Positions 11,086-21,537 of a DNA stretch of 36,200 nt are shown piece by piece; within the stretch, counting starts at the first letter, position 1, and the number at the start of each line of letters is the position of its first letter. The position numbers were made by a program, and so were the translations under genes. Origin of the DNA: Candidatus Altimarinota bacterium (lineage in GTDB: Bacteria > Patescibacteriota > Gracilibacteria > BD1-5 > UBA2023); contig JAYSPL010000136.1 in NCBI GenBank assembly GCA_043722085.1, positions 1 through 36,200 of the forward strand, written 5' to 3'. Under the pieces are notes generated by a model. The model saw nothing but the letters and a program-made list of their open reading frames with translations, was not told the origin of the DNA and made no database searches.

Positions 11086-11925
11086 ATGAAGCTCATTCCT
11101 ACCTCAGAATATCCAAAGGATTTCTTCTACCATCGTACCAGTGCTGAGATCTATCATCCTTACCTCGAATCCTGTGGGAATATTACCACTTTCGGGATAT
11201 GAAACGATCCACAATATGCCTGGAAAAAATGATTATTTGGAAATCGAGTGCATATTATAAAATATGAACGGACGGATATGGAACCAAAAATAGATTATTT
11301 GAAACAATCAGGGGTGAAACATGCGATGGTCACGTGGATCCCCTATAGTCGCACGGACATCCCTCTCGGATGGAGAAAGCTCTGGCTTACGGATCATTTT
11401 CAAGAAACCAGCGTCAATATTCTCGATGAACACTATAGATCAAAATGGAATGATCGAGCCAGACGAGCCCTCAAAAAATATGAAAAATCTGGTGCTGAAG
11501 TCCAGGCAGTTGATTCGACTACATTCGTACGGGCTTTTCGAGCTACCAAAGTAAAACACTGGTATAAGAGTGATTATATACGCAACTATGAACGGATTCG
11601 TTCATTTGCACCAGAGAAGGTCAGGCAGTGGCTTGTATACCATGAGGGTAAGGCCGTAGCGGGACTAGCTTGTATTGACTATATTGGGAATCATAGTGTG
11701 CATTTTGTAGCCTTTACAGCGAAAGAATCCTATCCAATCCAATGATGAACCGCCCTCATCGATACCTGGTTCCGTGAGTCACTGGCTCTGGGTATCAAAT
11801 ATATTACCTTTGATCAACTGCGAAATCCGCATGGCCCCAAGGATCAACGTGGATACACGGAATTCAAAGAAAACTTTGTAGAGCACCACCTTTCATTCCC
11901 AAGAGCCTATTTTAAAATGTTTTAA
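11086..11925 (+). CDS. FemAB-like / GNAT-fold acyltransferase family protein
   Basis: Track ORFs 11008..11202 and 11248..11745 plus the tail are one frame across 4 TGA (two adjacent, 11743-11748). C-terminal half KAVAGLACIDY...HFVAFT...GGTALID...GYTEFKENF resembles Fem/peptidoglycan-bridge family proteins. Confidence 0.5.
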
Positions 11926-13388
11926 GCTTGAGCCTTATTCGGTGCCATGAGTAAAAACATCCGAAGTGGAATACGAATAATTCCCGATAGAGGATCAACA
12001 TCGAGTTGATTCTCAGTAATAATAATTCCATATTTTGATGGGATTTTACTGCGTGTCTCTATGATCTGATTGTATCAATCTATGGATGATCCCACTTGCA
12101 CAACGATCGATACCTCATCGATCGTAACAATGAAATTGCCTCATCCATTGCTCCTATCGTAGAGGAGAGTACCCGTTCCCATCGTGTCAAATAGAGCGTG
12201 AAAATACATAGCAATAAAATCCTCTGTAATCTTTCATTTCGCGTGTTCATTGGAAATAAGATCTGAGAGTAGACGATAATAGAGAGTTCTAAATACGGGA
12301 GTAGAAAAGAGGTACTTAGATGACTTTCGTGAAACCACTTCTTGCGCGTAGGGTCCGTGAGGATATATTCGCCTGAGAAGACCGGCTCATACGAGTGCAT
12401 CGAGTATATCACTCATCTTAGACCTACTGAGTGCGAACTTCTCTGCCATTTTTTTGACGTTGCAATGATCCATATCAGAGAGTGCAAATAGCATAGCCGG
12501 AATAGCCGATACGGTATCAGGATGAAACTTGGACGCTGGAAGATCCCGGTACAGGATGCGGTCTATAGTCGTCTGTATCTGCTCATATGTCTCAGCTTCA
12601 CTTACAGAGGAGAGAAGGTGTGGGAGTGATCCGTATAAAAAGTACTTGTAAACATCTGACTGCAAAGAACCTTTATAGAAGGTATTCACTTCTGGTGCAA
12701 TCGTTTGGAGGGCGCTGTAGAGAGATTGACTACTCTCTGAATAGAGGATAGCATCACGGATACTCTCTCAGAGTCCTGGAATTTGGAATTTTTGCTTGGT
12801 GATCTTGATATATTCAGGAGAACTCAGTGGTAATAGTGATATATGAACTATCTGATGGCTGCTATCTACTCCCTCTTTCGGTTGCAATGCCATTGACCCG
12901 ACCATATATATAAAAATCTGACTTGAACGATGCATGAGTGCCTGAAGGGTCGTATTCCAGGTTCAATCACACTGAGTTTCATCAAGAAATAATACTAGTG
13001 GCTTATCGAGTGTCTCATACGTCAAACCGATTGATTTTTCATAGGATATGAGGACTTCCTCGAGTGTTACAGCGAGAATGCCATACGTATGGTCGAGTGA
13101 TAGAAAGAGTGTATAACAATCGGTATTGCGAATCTTGCTATAGAGCTGAAATAGGAGTGTTGTCTTTCCAGTACCACGTACTCAGGTAAGCGTAATCCAC
13201 CTTGGACTCGTATCCGATTCCATAAAATCATCAAAATGAGCTAAAAGCGGAACATATACATCTCGCTCAGGACGTTTCTGATCTCTAGAATCAAGAATAT
13301 ATGCCCTTGCTCTGAAATCAGCAAGATTTTGTTGTTCCACGAGAAGCTGCAGGAGATATGAATTATCCATAGAAAAATGAGTATACAT
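11922..13388 (-). CDS. AAA+ ATPase with DUF4143-type C-terminal domain
   Basis: Track fragments 13182..13388, 12387..12689 and parts of 12080..12412 join in one frame across 7 TGA. Walker A is LT-G-VRGTGKTTLL, Walker B VLFLDETQ. The restriction-endonuclease-like tail is typical of this family. TAA at 11922-11924. Confidence 0.8.
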
Positions 13389-13775
13389 AGGAAGTTATAT
13401 CATACTATTCATATTTATCTGATATGCAATGTAAAAAGTACATATACTCAGTAATCAATTATTATAAATAAATAATTTGTATAAATTACCATTTTTGAAT
13501 AGAAATTCTGAAAATTTCATTCTTGATACAGCCATAGTATCTCCCTTATGAGGATATTACGCTATATAAACAGATTGAAAAATATTTTATATGGCTAGTC
13601 CACTGCTCATACTTCTAGTAATCCAATATACAATTATAAAATTCAATCAAAATAGGAAGTAGAGTTTTAAATAGGCTCGGTAACAAACACAGAAAGTATG
13701 AATTTGCTTCATAGCAGTGAGATCATTCGATATTGGTATATAACTAGCATGCGTGTTACTAGAATCGCTCTTAGA

Positions 13776-14843
13776 TTACGCTACAATTACATAGTGGAGA
13801 TATTCGATTACACTATCTTTCTTGTGATTGCGTGATTCTGTTTTGTCTGCCTTGAACCGTGTATATTCTCGCTCGAATACTCCATACTTGCCACGGCGAC
13901 TCATGATCTCGCGGATATCATCGAGACTCATGAGCCCCTCATCATTGTACGAGAGGAATATATACCTCGCATCGAGATTGTCGATAAGTTCACCATATGC
14001 CTTTTTGACATTGGTTCTACTGCAATATGCTGATTTTTGTTCACGACAGTCTCGCATCCCGGTCTTGCCATGGATCTCGGGTGAGTCATATCTCGCAATC
14101 GTCTCCAGGATATGGTAGTTCCCGCTATATTGACGATGATTGTATGGTGGGTCGAGATAGACAACATCGTGCTTGCTCCCTGACACAAGGAGTCCGACAT
14201 CACTATTCGTCACGATATGATCATGATCGTTGAGATGGTATTTTGCTGGCTTGAGTTCAAGTGGTTTTTCGGCTGATTTTTTGAGTTTTTTCAGGAATGC
14301 TCCATACACCGATGCGGTATTGGCCACCTTGTCGATGGCTTCCAGAAGAGATGCGAGGAGGAAAAAATACTCATCCTCTGTCACTTTTGCTTCATTTTTC
14401 CAGATCTCTATCTGTGTACGGATCGTATCACATCGTTTGCCGTTCTCATCGGAGAAGTATTGTCGCTCGTGAGTATCTCCACTCGTCCCACCAGAACAAT
14501 AGTTCTGATAGATGAATCCACTCGTGAGCTCCAACCCACTCAGGTATGCGAGTACGATCTCCTTGGTCTCATTCACTGACGCAACGAGGAGCTCTGGGAT
14601 CTCACTCGTGAGTCCTACGAAGTAGAGATCATGATGATTACCGATGTAGTGACGGTTCAGTGCATAGCTATAGTACTGGAGATCGTTTGCCCACACCTGA
14701 TGCCCTCGCTCCTTCCAGTATCTCCCGACCTGCCCTGTCCCTGCAAAAAGATCCGAAAACATATATTTCTGATCTCCCACCACCGAAGTGATCGAAGTAT
14801 AGAGAAAATCAAGAAGGGAAAGTTTTGAGCCGATATAGTTCAT
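13776..14843 (-). CDS. DNA N6-adenine methyltransferase, D12 (Dam) class
   Basis: Intact 355-aa ORF even in the standard code. MNYIGSK, motif I DLFAGTGQVG, motif IV DPPYNHRQY, in alpha-type order. It has no in-frame TGA. Confidence 0.9.
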   Translation of the reverse strand: MNYIGSKLSLLDFLYTSITSVVGDQKYMFSDLFAGTGQVGRYWKERGHQVWANDLQYYSYALNRHYIGNHHDLYFVGLTSEIPELLVASVNETKEIVLAYLSGLELTSGFIYQNYCSGGTSGDTHERQYFSDENGKRCDTIRTQIEIWKNEAKVTEDEYFFLLASLLEAIDKVANTASVYGAFLKKLKKSAEKPLELKPAKYHLNDHDHIVTNSDVGLLVSGSKHDVVYLDPPYNHRQYSGNYHILETIARYDSPEIHGKTGMRDCREQKSAYCSRTNVKKAYGELIDNLDARYIFLSYNDEGLMSLDDIREIMSRRGKYGVFEREYTRFKADKTESRNHKKDSVIEYLHYVIVA

Positions 14844-15036
14844 GAGTTTTCATGATTAGGATGCGATCAAGCATTCCTATAGTACATGAATATTTCATGA
14901 AATCCACAGATTATAAGTATCATTTTTACCCAAATATTTTGTACTATGCAAAGTTACTATATTTTTTCCCTTCCACTCTATTCTTGTACCAATTATCGAT
15001 GAAATCATAATTCAAGAATCCACATCGATCCTTAAT

Positions 15037-15672
15037 ATTAGAAAATGCTACCTTTGATTTTTCTGTTTCAAACTTTATTTTTCGATCTTCAGGAGCTACA
15101 AAATGAAAGGAGCTACGGAAATCTTGGATTTCATTGAATTTGATAAAACCAGCTCGAAAATCAGTACTATTTTCTACTTCAAATAATTTCTCTGGAAATC
15201 ATCTTGAATTAAACCAGATAACATCAACAAAACGAATGGAATCATCAATAATATTGTCGTAAGTAAATCTTGGAATCGTTGCAAGTGTTGCGATCTTCCC
15301 AAGCTCTCTATTAATAAATATTCCATTTCGATCTGGCGTATAAGTATCAAATCATTCCATATTCCCAATCTCAATGAGCATTCCCTGAATATGTGTGTGC
15401 ATTCGCAGTGTTTTTTCTACAACTGTTTTTGCTTCTATTTCTGTAGGGAGATTTTTCAAATGAGCTGTAAGAGCGTAGACTCAGAGTCCTATTTTCGTGA
15501 ATCTTGGATCCCTCTGTACTCGCTCCTGTATAGTCATATTTGGAGTTTTTCCTACAATTTGAGATCTATCTTTATATTTCCAGATTTCCTGGTAAATAGT
15601 TTTGAGTGGAGCATAAAATCCATTATGGATCATCACTTGTTCTATAGCATCTGAGTAAGTTATATCGGACAT
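15037..15672 (-). CDS. HARE-HTH domain fused to a PD-(D/E)xK-like nuclease domain (candidate restriction endonuclease)
   Basis: Track ORF 15481..15672 continues through TGA at 15481, 15352 and 15199 to TAA 15037-15039. N-terminus ITYSDAIEQVM...GKTPNMTIQERVQRDPRFTKIGL-G-VYAL fits the HARE-HTH pattern. C-terminus has IE...VDVIWF...LFEVENST, a nuclease-like D...E-x-E core. Confidence 0.65.
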
Positions 15673-15937
15673 AATTTATACTTTTAAAAAATCTGTTATT
15701 CCCCTACCTATTAAGGTCTATTTCTTTCCATTTTTCGAGATCGAAGTCGTTGTGTACGGGCATAGAGTATTGTTTACTTATTTTGATAACTTTTTGTGAA
15801 CAGATGTACGCTTGCGTCAAGTGCAAATAATTGTTTTTTGGTATTTTATTTTGACTTTTTGATAGTATATGATACTATGCTCGTACACCCGGTGAGTGAA
15901 CCTCACCTCCAGAAACTCAATCGCAAGATTGGGTTTT

Positions 15938-16675
15938 TTATTTGTATGGACTATAGATCTTGCGACCACCGATCATGATCGTCTCACCAAGGAGCGAATT
16001 ATCAAGTATAGGGAATGTGATGGTTTTACTCATATCACAAGAAGATGCTATCACTCTTCCTTTTCACTTGAATGGCAATACACACATGAATTTTTTGTTC
16101 GGCAAATGTCATCTTGCCATATGTATGGCTGGTGCTATATCACTGTCTCCACTGAATATAATTGCCTTGTCATAGTAATTCATGACTGCTCATTCGAATA
16201 TATAAAGAGCCATATTCACATCCGTTTGTTTCTCTTCGAATGTAGAATATTTGAATCTTTGAGGACTCACAATAGCATCCAATGGATCAAGTACTTTATG
16301 TTTAATAGCAGAGAAATTTTTGGTTACCGATGTATAGTTCCCGTTGATAATCCTGATTCAGAGACTGCTCATCACTCACATGAATGTATTATGCCGTTGT
16401 ATTTTGAGTGTATCCCATTTTGGTAATGCAGTAAAAAGAAAAATATCAGTAATTTCATTATTCTCAGATAGAAATTTTTCTACAATAGATCTATAATTCA
16501 TCCATTTATATTTGTTTGGGAGATTGTTCGCTATAGAGTGATAAAAATTGAAACCATCAATATACGCAACTACTCTAGTTTTTTTGGATTCATTCATATC
16601 AGTGTATTTAGGAAAATGTATTTCTGTTATTCTATGTATTTCCTCCCATTTTGCCAAAACAAAAAATCCCCCATT
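15938..16675 (-). CDS. NYN-domain (LabA/DUF88-like, PIN-fold) protein
   Basis: RVVAYIDGFNFYH, EEKQTDVNMALYIF and AIIFSGDSDIAPAI motifs. Track ORF 16376..16657 continues through 5 TGA to TAA 15938-15940. Start uncertain: ATG 16675, TTG 16657 or ATG 16597. Confidence 0.72.
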
Positions 16676-16707
16676 TGCGTGGGAGATCTTCTTTTGAAGA
16701 TATATGA

Positions 16708-17181
16708 TTATAGAGCAGCTGGAGCCTCAGCAACAGTGACTGTACCTCCTGCCTTCTCGATAGCGGCTCGAGCTCCTGCAGATACGGCATCAGCAGTGAT
16801 CGTCATAGCGGACTGGATCTCACCTCGACCAAGAACTTTAAGAAGTTTACCTTTTTCTCGGATGATACGTCGTTCATAGAGAATCGCGTAGTCAACTACC
16901 GTAATTCCATCGAGTGCGAGTGCCTCGATCTGATCGAGATTCACAAGAACATATTGATCTGGCTTGTACGCCGTGAAACCTCGTTTCTTAGGAGTACGCC
17001 TGAAGAGTGGAGTTTGACCCCCCTCAAATGTAGGATAGCGTTTACCAGTACCAGTACGAGAGTTCTGACCATTCATACCACGACCACAAGTACCACCTAC
17101 TCAGCTCCCTCGACCTCTTGCAAGGCGGGTCTTTCGAGTTTGTGAACCAGGAGATGGGCTCAGAGTTGTGAGATTTGACAT
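16708..17181 (-). CDS. rplO: 50S ribosomal protein L15
   Basis: MSNLTTLSPSPGSQTRKTRLARGRGS-G-VGGTCGRGMNGQ matches the L15 N-terminus. ATG 17181 is reached by reading through one TGA. Confidence 0.93.
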
Positions 17182-17212
17182 AGAATTGAGAGTTTAGTTT
17201 TGTATGACGGGA

Positions 17213-17860
17213 TTATTTGGCAAGAGGAGTAACCATCTTGGTAAATGACTTGATCTGAGACGCTGGCTTGAGAGCTGCAAATGCCTTCATAGCAACGCGA
17301 GCGTTGGTAATAGGATTTGATGAACCGTGTTGTTTGGCGATAACATCTTTGAGTCCAGAAACTGAACAGATCTTACGAACCGCACCTCAGGCAATGATAC
17401 CAGTACCTGGATGCGCTGGATGAAGAAAGAGTGTAGATGACTTGAAGTTGACTGACACGTCATGAGCAATCGTACCACCCGAGATATCAAAAGTAACCAG
17501 GTTTTTCTTAGCGTCACGGATTGCTTTTTCGATAGCACCCTGGACTTCTCCAGACTTACCGATACCGAGACCAACTCGTCCTTTTCCATCACCGATAACA
17601 ATCGATGCACGGAAACGAAGTTGTCGTCAACCTGCTGTTACACGAGTAACTCGAGCAATTTCGAGCATCTCTTCTTTGAATTCCTTGGCTTCCTCACGAA
17701 TTCCACCACGACCACCATCACGACGAGGACCACCCTTGCGAGCAGCGCCACCATCACGACGATCACCTCTTGGTGCATCTTTCGAGATATCTGGAGTTGA
17801 AGTAGGAGCTGATGCCTCTACTTGACCTTCTGCGATTGGAGTAACTTGAGTATCTGACAT
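17213..17860 (-). CDS. rpsE: 30S ribosomal protein S5 (with R/G-rich N-terminal extension)
   Basis: VTAG-G-RQLRFRASIVIGDGKGRVGLGIGK and HPGTGIIA-G-GAVR, with TGA at 17627-17629 and 17387-17389 on invariant Gly. TAA at 17213-17215. Confidence 0.93.
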
Positions 17861-17884
17861 AGAAAAATATATGAGAAAGAAATA

Positions 17885-18226
17885 TTAAAATTGAACACCG
17901 GTAGCGCGAGCCGCTTCAGCAAGTGCCTTGACACGACCATGATAGAGACATCCTCCACGATCAAATACACAAGTCATGATACCCTTGGCGATCATAGCCT
18001 TACCGATCATTTCACCAACGATCGTAGCACTTTCTGTCTTGGTTCCTGATTTTGTCATGAGATCACTCGCAGCACAGAGGGTAGTTCCAGTAATATCATC
18101 AATGACTTGAGCCGAGATAGAAGTATTACTTCGAAACACGGAAAGACGAGGTTTTTGTGCAGTACCAGTCATGCGAGAACGAACTCGAGTAGCTCTTGAG
18201 AGGCGGTTTTGAACTTTTTTTAACAT
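17885..18226 (-). CDS. rplR: 50S ribosomal protein L18
   Basis: [20 protein letters not shown]...[21 protein letters not shown]. Confidence 0.93.
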   Translation of the reverse strand: MLKKVQNRLSRATRVRSRMTGTAQKPRLSVFRSNTSISAQVIDDITGTTLCAASDLMTKSGTKTESATIVGEMIGKAMIAKGIMTCVFDRGGCLYHGRVKALAEAARATGVQF

Positions 18227-18265
18227 AAGAAAAAATTAACAGTGTATAAGGAACGATTTTTACAA

Positions 18266-18817
18266 TTATTTACCAGCCGTCTTACCAGCCTTGCGACGAA
18301 CCACTTCTCAAGCGTACCTGATACCCTTTCCTTTGTATGGTTCTGGCTTTTTGAGAGAGCGGATATACGCAGCAAAGTAACCAAGCAGCTGCTTATCGTG
18401 AGAGGAAATATGAATACGGTTTTTTTCTTGTGGATCAGCGGCGATTGTGACACCCATTGGCGCGTCAACGAGAACCTTATGAGAGAATCCAATAGCGAGT
18501 TCCATTTTTGTAGGGCTCTTGATATCGAATTTGTACCCCACGCCTATAATCTCAAGAGCTTTCGTGTATCCTAGAGAGACACCGATGATCATATTCTGAA
18601 TCATGGCACGAGTAAGACCCCAAAAAGCTTTTTGTTGCTTGTTTTCAAGATTCTCAATAGTTACGGTGATAATACCAGCATCTTGCGATACGCGTACCCC
18701 TTCAAGGATATTAAAATTGAGAGTTCCCTTAGGACCTGTGATCGTAACGAGATCAGATCCGATCTCGACGGTTACCCCTGATGGGATAGTAATAGGCTGT
18801 TTTCCGATTCGTGACAT
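18266..18817 (-). CDS. rplF: 50S ribosomal protein L6
   Basis: MSRIGKQPITIPSGV...[22 protein letters not shown]. The track stop at 18308 is TGA; TAA is at 18266-18268. Confidence 0.93.
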
Positions 18818-18865
18818 AATAGATTGAAATTAGATTTTTGAGAGTAGGCCGGTATCCGAAAGAGA

Positions 18866-19252
18866 CTAGTAGATCTCACAGAGGAGTTCTCCACCGACAC
18901 CAAGTGCATGTGCTTCATATCCAGTAACTACACCCTTAGGGGTAGAAAGAATAAAAATACCGACTCCATTTCGAGATTTGCGAATATCGCCACTCTTGAT
19001 ATAGATACGTTGACCAGGTCGAGAAATTCTTCGAAATGAAGGAATGTACTTTGATTTACGAACATCTTGAAGAGAAACAATGAAAGTTCTTTTGTCTTCA
19101 GAGATAACGTAGTCTATGATATATCCATTTTTTTTAAATATTCGCAAAATTTCGGCTTTCATATTCGAGCATGGGACAGCTACCTCGTGGAGACGAGCCA
19201 TATATCCATTTCGGATACGAGTGAGAAGATCTGCGATTGGATCGGTAGTCAT
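18866..19252 (-). CDS. rpsH: 30S ribosomal protein S8
   Basis: DPIADLLTRIRNG...GVGGELLCEIY. Confidence 0.93.
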   Translation of the reverse strand: MTTDPIADLLTRIRNGYMARLHEVAVPCSNMKAEILRIFKKNGYIIDYVISEDKRTFIVSLQDVRKSKYIPSFRRISRPGQRIYIKSGDIRKSRNGVGIFILSTPKGVVTGYEAHALGVGGELLCEIY

Positions 19253-19301
19253 AATCGTTGTAATTTAGGGATTAGATTTGAATGAGGGAACAAAATATAT
19301 A

Positions 19302-19526
19302 TTACCAACTTGACTTACGAACACCCATAAGTTCTCCAGCATTGGCTCGTTCTCGGATACAGATACGGCAGAGATTGAACTTACCGATATATCCTTGTGA
19401 ACGACCACAATTGGAACAACGATGGTAGAGTCTGGTTGAGAATTCTGGTTTCTTTCCGAGTACGCGTTGACGTTCTGCTTTTTTTTGAGCTTCCTGACAT
19501 TTGTGTACGATTGCTGTTCGAGCCAT
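19302..19526 (-). CDS. rpsN: 30S ribosomal protein S14 (zinc-binding type)
   Basis: CxxC...CxxC (CSNCGRSQG...CRIC) and C-terminal GVRKSSW. Confidence 0.9.
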   Translation of the reverse strand: MARTAIVHKCQEAQKKAERQRVLGKKPEFSTRLYHRCSNCGRSQGYIGKFNLCRICIRERANAGELMGVRKSSW

Positions 19527-19590
19527 AGGGAGTAGGATTACGAATTACGAATTTTTTAGATTTCGAAAAGTGGAAAAAAAGGAGTTGAAA

Positions 19591-20130
19591 TTATTTTGAG
19601 AATGGGAATCCGAGCTTATCAAGGAGTGCTTTAGAATGATCCTTTGATTCAGTACGCATCTTGATAGTTACCTGCATACCGTGTGATTTGACCACATCAA
19701 GCTGAGGAACTTCTGGAAATATGGTGTGTTCCTTGATACCAAAGTGGTAGTTTCCTTCTTGATCGAATGAACGAGCCGAGATACCACGGAAATCACGAAC
19801 ACGAGGGAGGACGATAGAGATAAGCTTCTCGAGGAAGTCATACATACGTTGTCCACGGAGCGTAACCATCATACCAACTGGCATCCCTTCACGGAGCTTG
19901 AAGTTGGAGATCGCCTTGCGTGCGTGGTTAATACGAGGAAGTTGACCAGCAATCAGTGCAAAATCATTCTTAAGACTTGAGAAGTCCTTGTTTCCTGATG
20001 CAACATAGGTTCCAATACCCATATTAAGGACAATTTTCTCGATATGAGGAACTTGCATAGGGTTTTTGATTCCGAGTTCTTTGGCAAGTTCTACGAGAAT
20101 TTTTTTATTATAGTGTTCTTTGAAAGTCAT
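19591..20130 (-). CDS. rplE: 50S ribosomal protein L5
   Basis: Internal ATG 20130 of track ORF 19591..20292. IEKIVLNMGIG...FRGISARSFDQEGNYHFGIKEHTIFPE. Confidence 0.92.
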   Translation of the reverse strand: MTFKEHYNKKILVELAKELGIKNPMQVPHIEKIVLNMGIGTYVASGNKDFSSLKNDFALIAGQLPRINHARKAISNFKLREGMPVGMMVTLRGQRMYDFLEKLISIVLPRVRDFRGISARSFDQEGNYHFGIKEHTIFPEVPQLDVVKSHGMQVTIKMRTESKDHSKALLDKLGFPFSK

Positions 20131-20197
20131 GGGTGGAGTGGTTAGATTATTTGGTACTCTGGGCAGGCTCGCGCAGGGTATTAGTGTAATCAGAGAA

Positions 20198-20500
20198 TTA
20201 GAGGACTGTGCCTGATTTCTTGGCAATTCGAACTTTTTTTCCATTTTCGATACGGTATCCAACTCGTGTTGGAGTACTCGTCTTAGGGTCAATAAGCATC
20301 ACATTCGAAACATCAATAGGTTTTTCAAAAACTACCTTTTGACCAGGAGTAGACCCTTGGCGTTTCATATGGCGAGTCACCATATTGATACCTTCCAGGA
20401 GAACCTTCTTTTCAGTAGGAAATGCTCGAGTGACTTTTGCAGTCTTGCCTTTATCTTTTCCGGCAATGACGATGACTTGATCATCTGTGTGGATTTTCAT
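20198..20500 (-). CDS. rplX: 50S ribosomal protein L24
   Basis: KIHTDDQVIVIAGKDKGKTAKV (KOW motif). Confidence 0.92.
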   Translation of the reverse strand: MKIHTDDQVIVIAGKDKGKTAKVTRAFPTEKKVLLEGINMVTRHMKRQGSTPGQKVVFEKPIDVSNVMLIDPKTSTPTRVGYRIENGKKVRIAKKSGTVL

Positions 20501-20543
20501 AACAATGAAGTTTTTTTAGAATTAGAGTGAGAGTTTGCTGTAT

Positions 20544-20912
20544 TTATACGACTTCTGGAGCGAGAGAGATAATTTTCTGATATCCTCGAGCCTTGAGCTC
20601 ACGAAATACTGGGCCAAATATACGAGTTCCTTTTGGTTCTCCCTTATCATCGATAATCACACAAGCATTGTCATCAGACCGAACGTATGATCCATCAGCA
20701 CGTCGGAGCTCTTTGGCTACACGAACTACTACTGCCTTACATACCGATTTTTTCTTAACGTTTCCATTAGGAAGTGCCTTTTTAACAGCAATTACGATAA
20801 TATCACCAACACTGGCATATCGTCGTTTTGAACCACCAAGTACTTTGATGCAAAGGGCTTCTTTTGCTCCAGTATTATCAACGATGGCGAGTCTGGTTTC
20901 TGTCTGAATCAT
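20544..20912 (-). CDS. rplN: 50S ribosomal protein L14
   Basis: [27 protein letters not shown]... Confidence 0.95.
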   Translation of the reverse strand: MIQTETRLAIVDNTGAKEALCIKVLGGSKRRYASVGDIIVIAVKKALPNGNVKKKSVCKAVVVRVAKELRRADGSYVRSDDNACVIIDDKGEPKGTRIFGPVFRELKARGYQKIISLAPEVV

Positions 20913-20941
20913 AGAATTGAGATTTAAGATTTTAGAATTTT

Positions 20942-20969
20942 AGAAATTTTTGGATTTCCAAAAATTTCT
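20942..20969. repeat. 13-bp perfect inverted repeat in the rpsQ-rplN spacer
   Basis: agaaatttttgga-tt-tccaaaaatttct. Confidence 0.8.
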
Positions 20970-20983
20970 GTTTCATATGAGAA

Positions 20984-21226
20984 CTATTTTGAAGAAACGA
21001 TAGAATCCTCTACGAGAGTCCAGCGCTTGAGAGCGGAAAGAGGTCGTGTTTCAGATACTGTAACCGTATCTCAGAGTTTTGCGAGACTGTTTTCATCATG
21101 AGCATAAAACTTTGACGTAACAATATAGCGTTTCTTATACTTTGGATGAGTTTTAGATGTTTCTACCGAAACGACGATAGTTTTTTGCATCTTAGTACTG
21201 GTGACTGTTCCTGTTTTTGTACGCAT
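20984..21226 (-). CDS. rpsQ: 30S ribosomal protein S17
   Basis: ATG 21226. TGTVTSTKMQKTIVVSVE...HPKYKKRY...YAHDENSLAKL-G-DTVTVSETRPLS. TGA at 21071-21073 is read through; TAG at 20984-20986. Confidence 0.9.
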
Positions 21227-21245
21227 GTGGCGAGTGGTAAGAGAA

Positions 21246-21482
21246 TTAGATAGAGCTCGTAAGAAAAGTGGAGATCTGTGCAATATAACGACGTTGTCCT
21301 TTGAGAACATGCGGTTGTTTGAGCTCTCCGAGGTTCTTTTTCATGTTGAGAATATAGAGCTCTCGACGAGCTGACTCAAGCTCGCGGGTGAGTTCAGTAC
21401 GTTCCAGTGATTTGAGATCATTGAGACCCTTATGTTGTGTTACCGCTGTAGTTGATTTAGATGTTGTTTTCTTTGGTGCCAT
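21246..21482 (-). CDS. rpmC: 50S ribosomal protein L29 (with N-terminal extension)
   Basis: LKSLERTELTRELESARRELYILNMKKNLGELKQPHVLKGQRRYIAQI. Confidence 0.88.
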   Translation of the reverse strand: MAPKKTTSKSTTAVTQHKGLNDLKSLERTELTRELESARRELYILNMKKNLGELKQPHVLKGQRRYIAQISTFLTSSI

Positions 21483-21537
21483 AATATGGATGGTTGAATT
21501 ATTTAATTGTGAATTGCGAGTGATGAAAGGAGGTGAT

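Noticed and set aside
15796-15978. Plus-strand ORF and a possible small RNA in the nuclease-NYN spacer. It has a TTGACT box at 15852, hairpins ggtgag/ctcacc and caatc-gcaa-gattg, then a T-run.
   Set aside because: The second hairpin with its flanking A/T runs abuts the NYN stop codon (15938-15940), so it is explained more simply as that gene's terminator. The -10 element for the putative promoter is poor.
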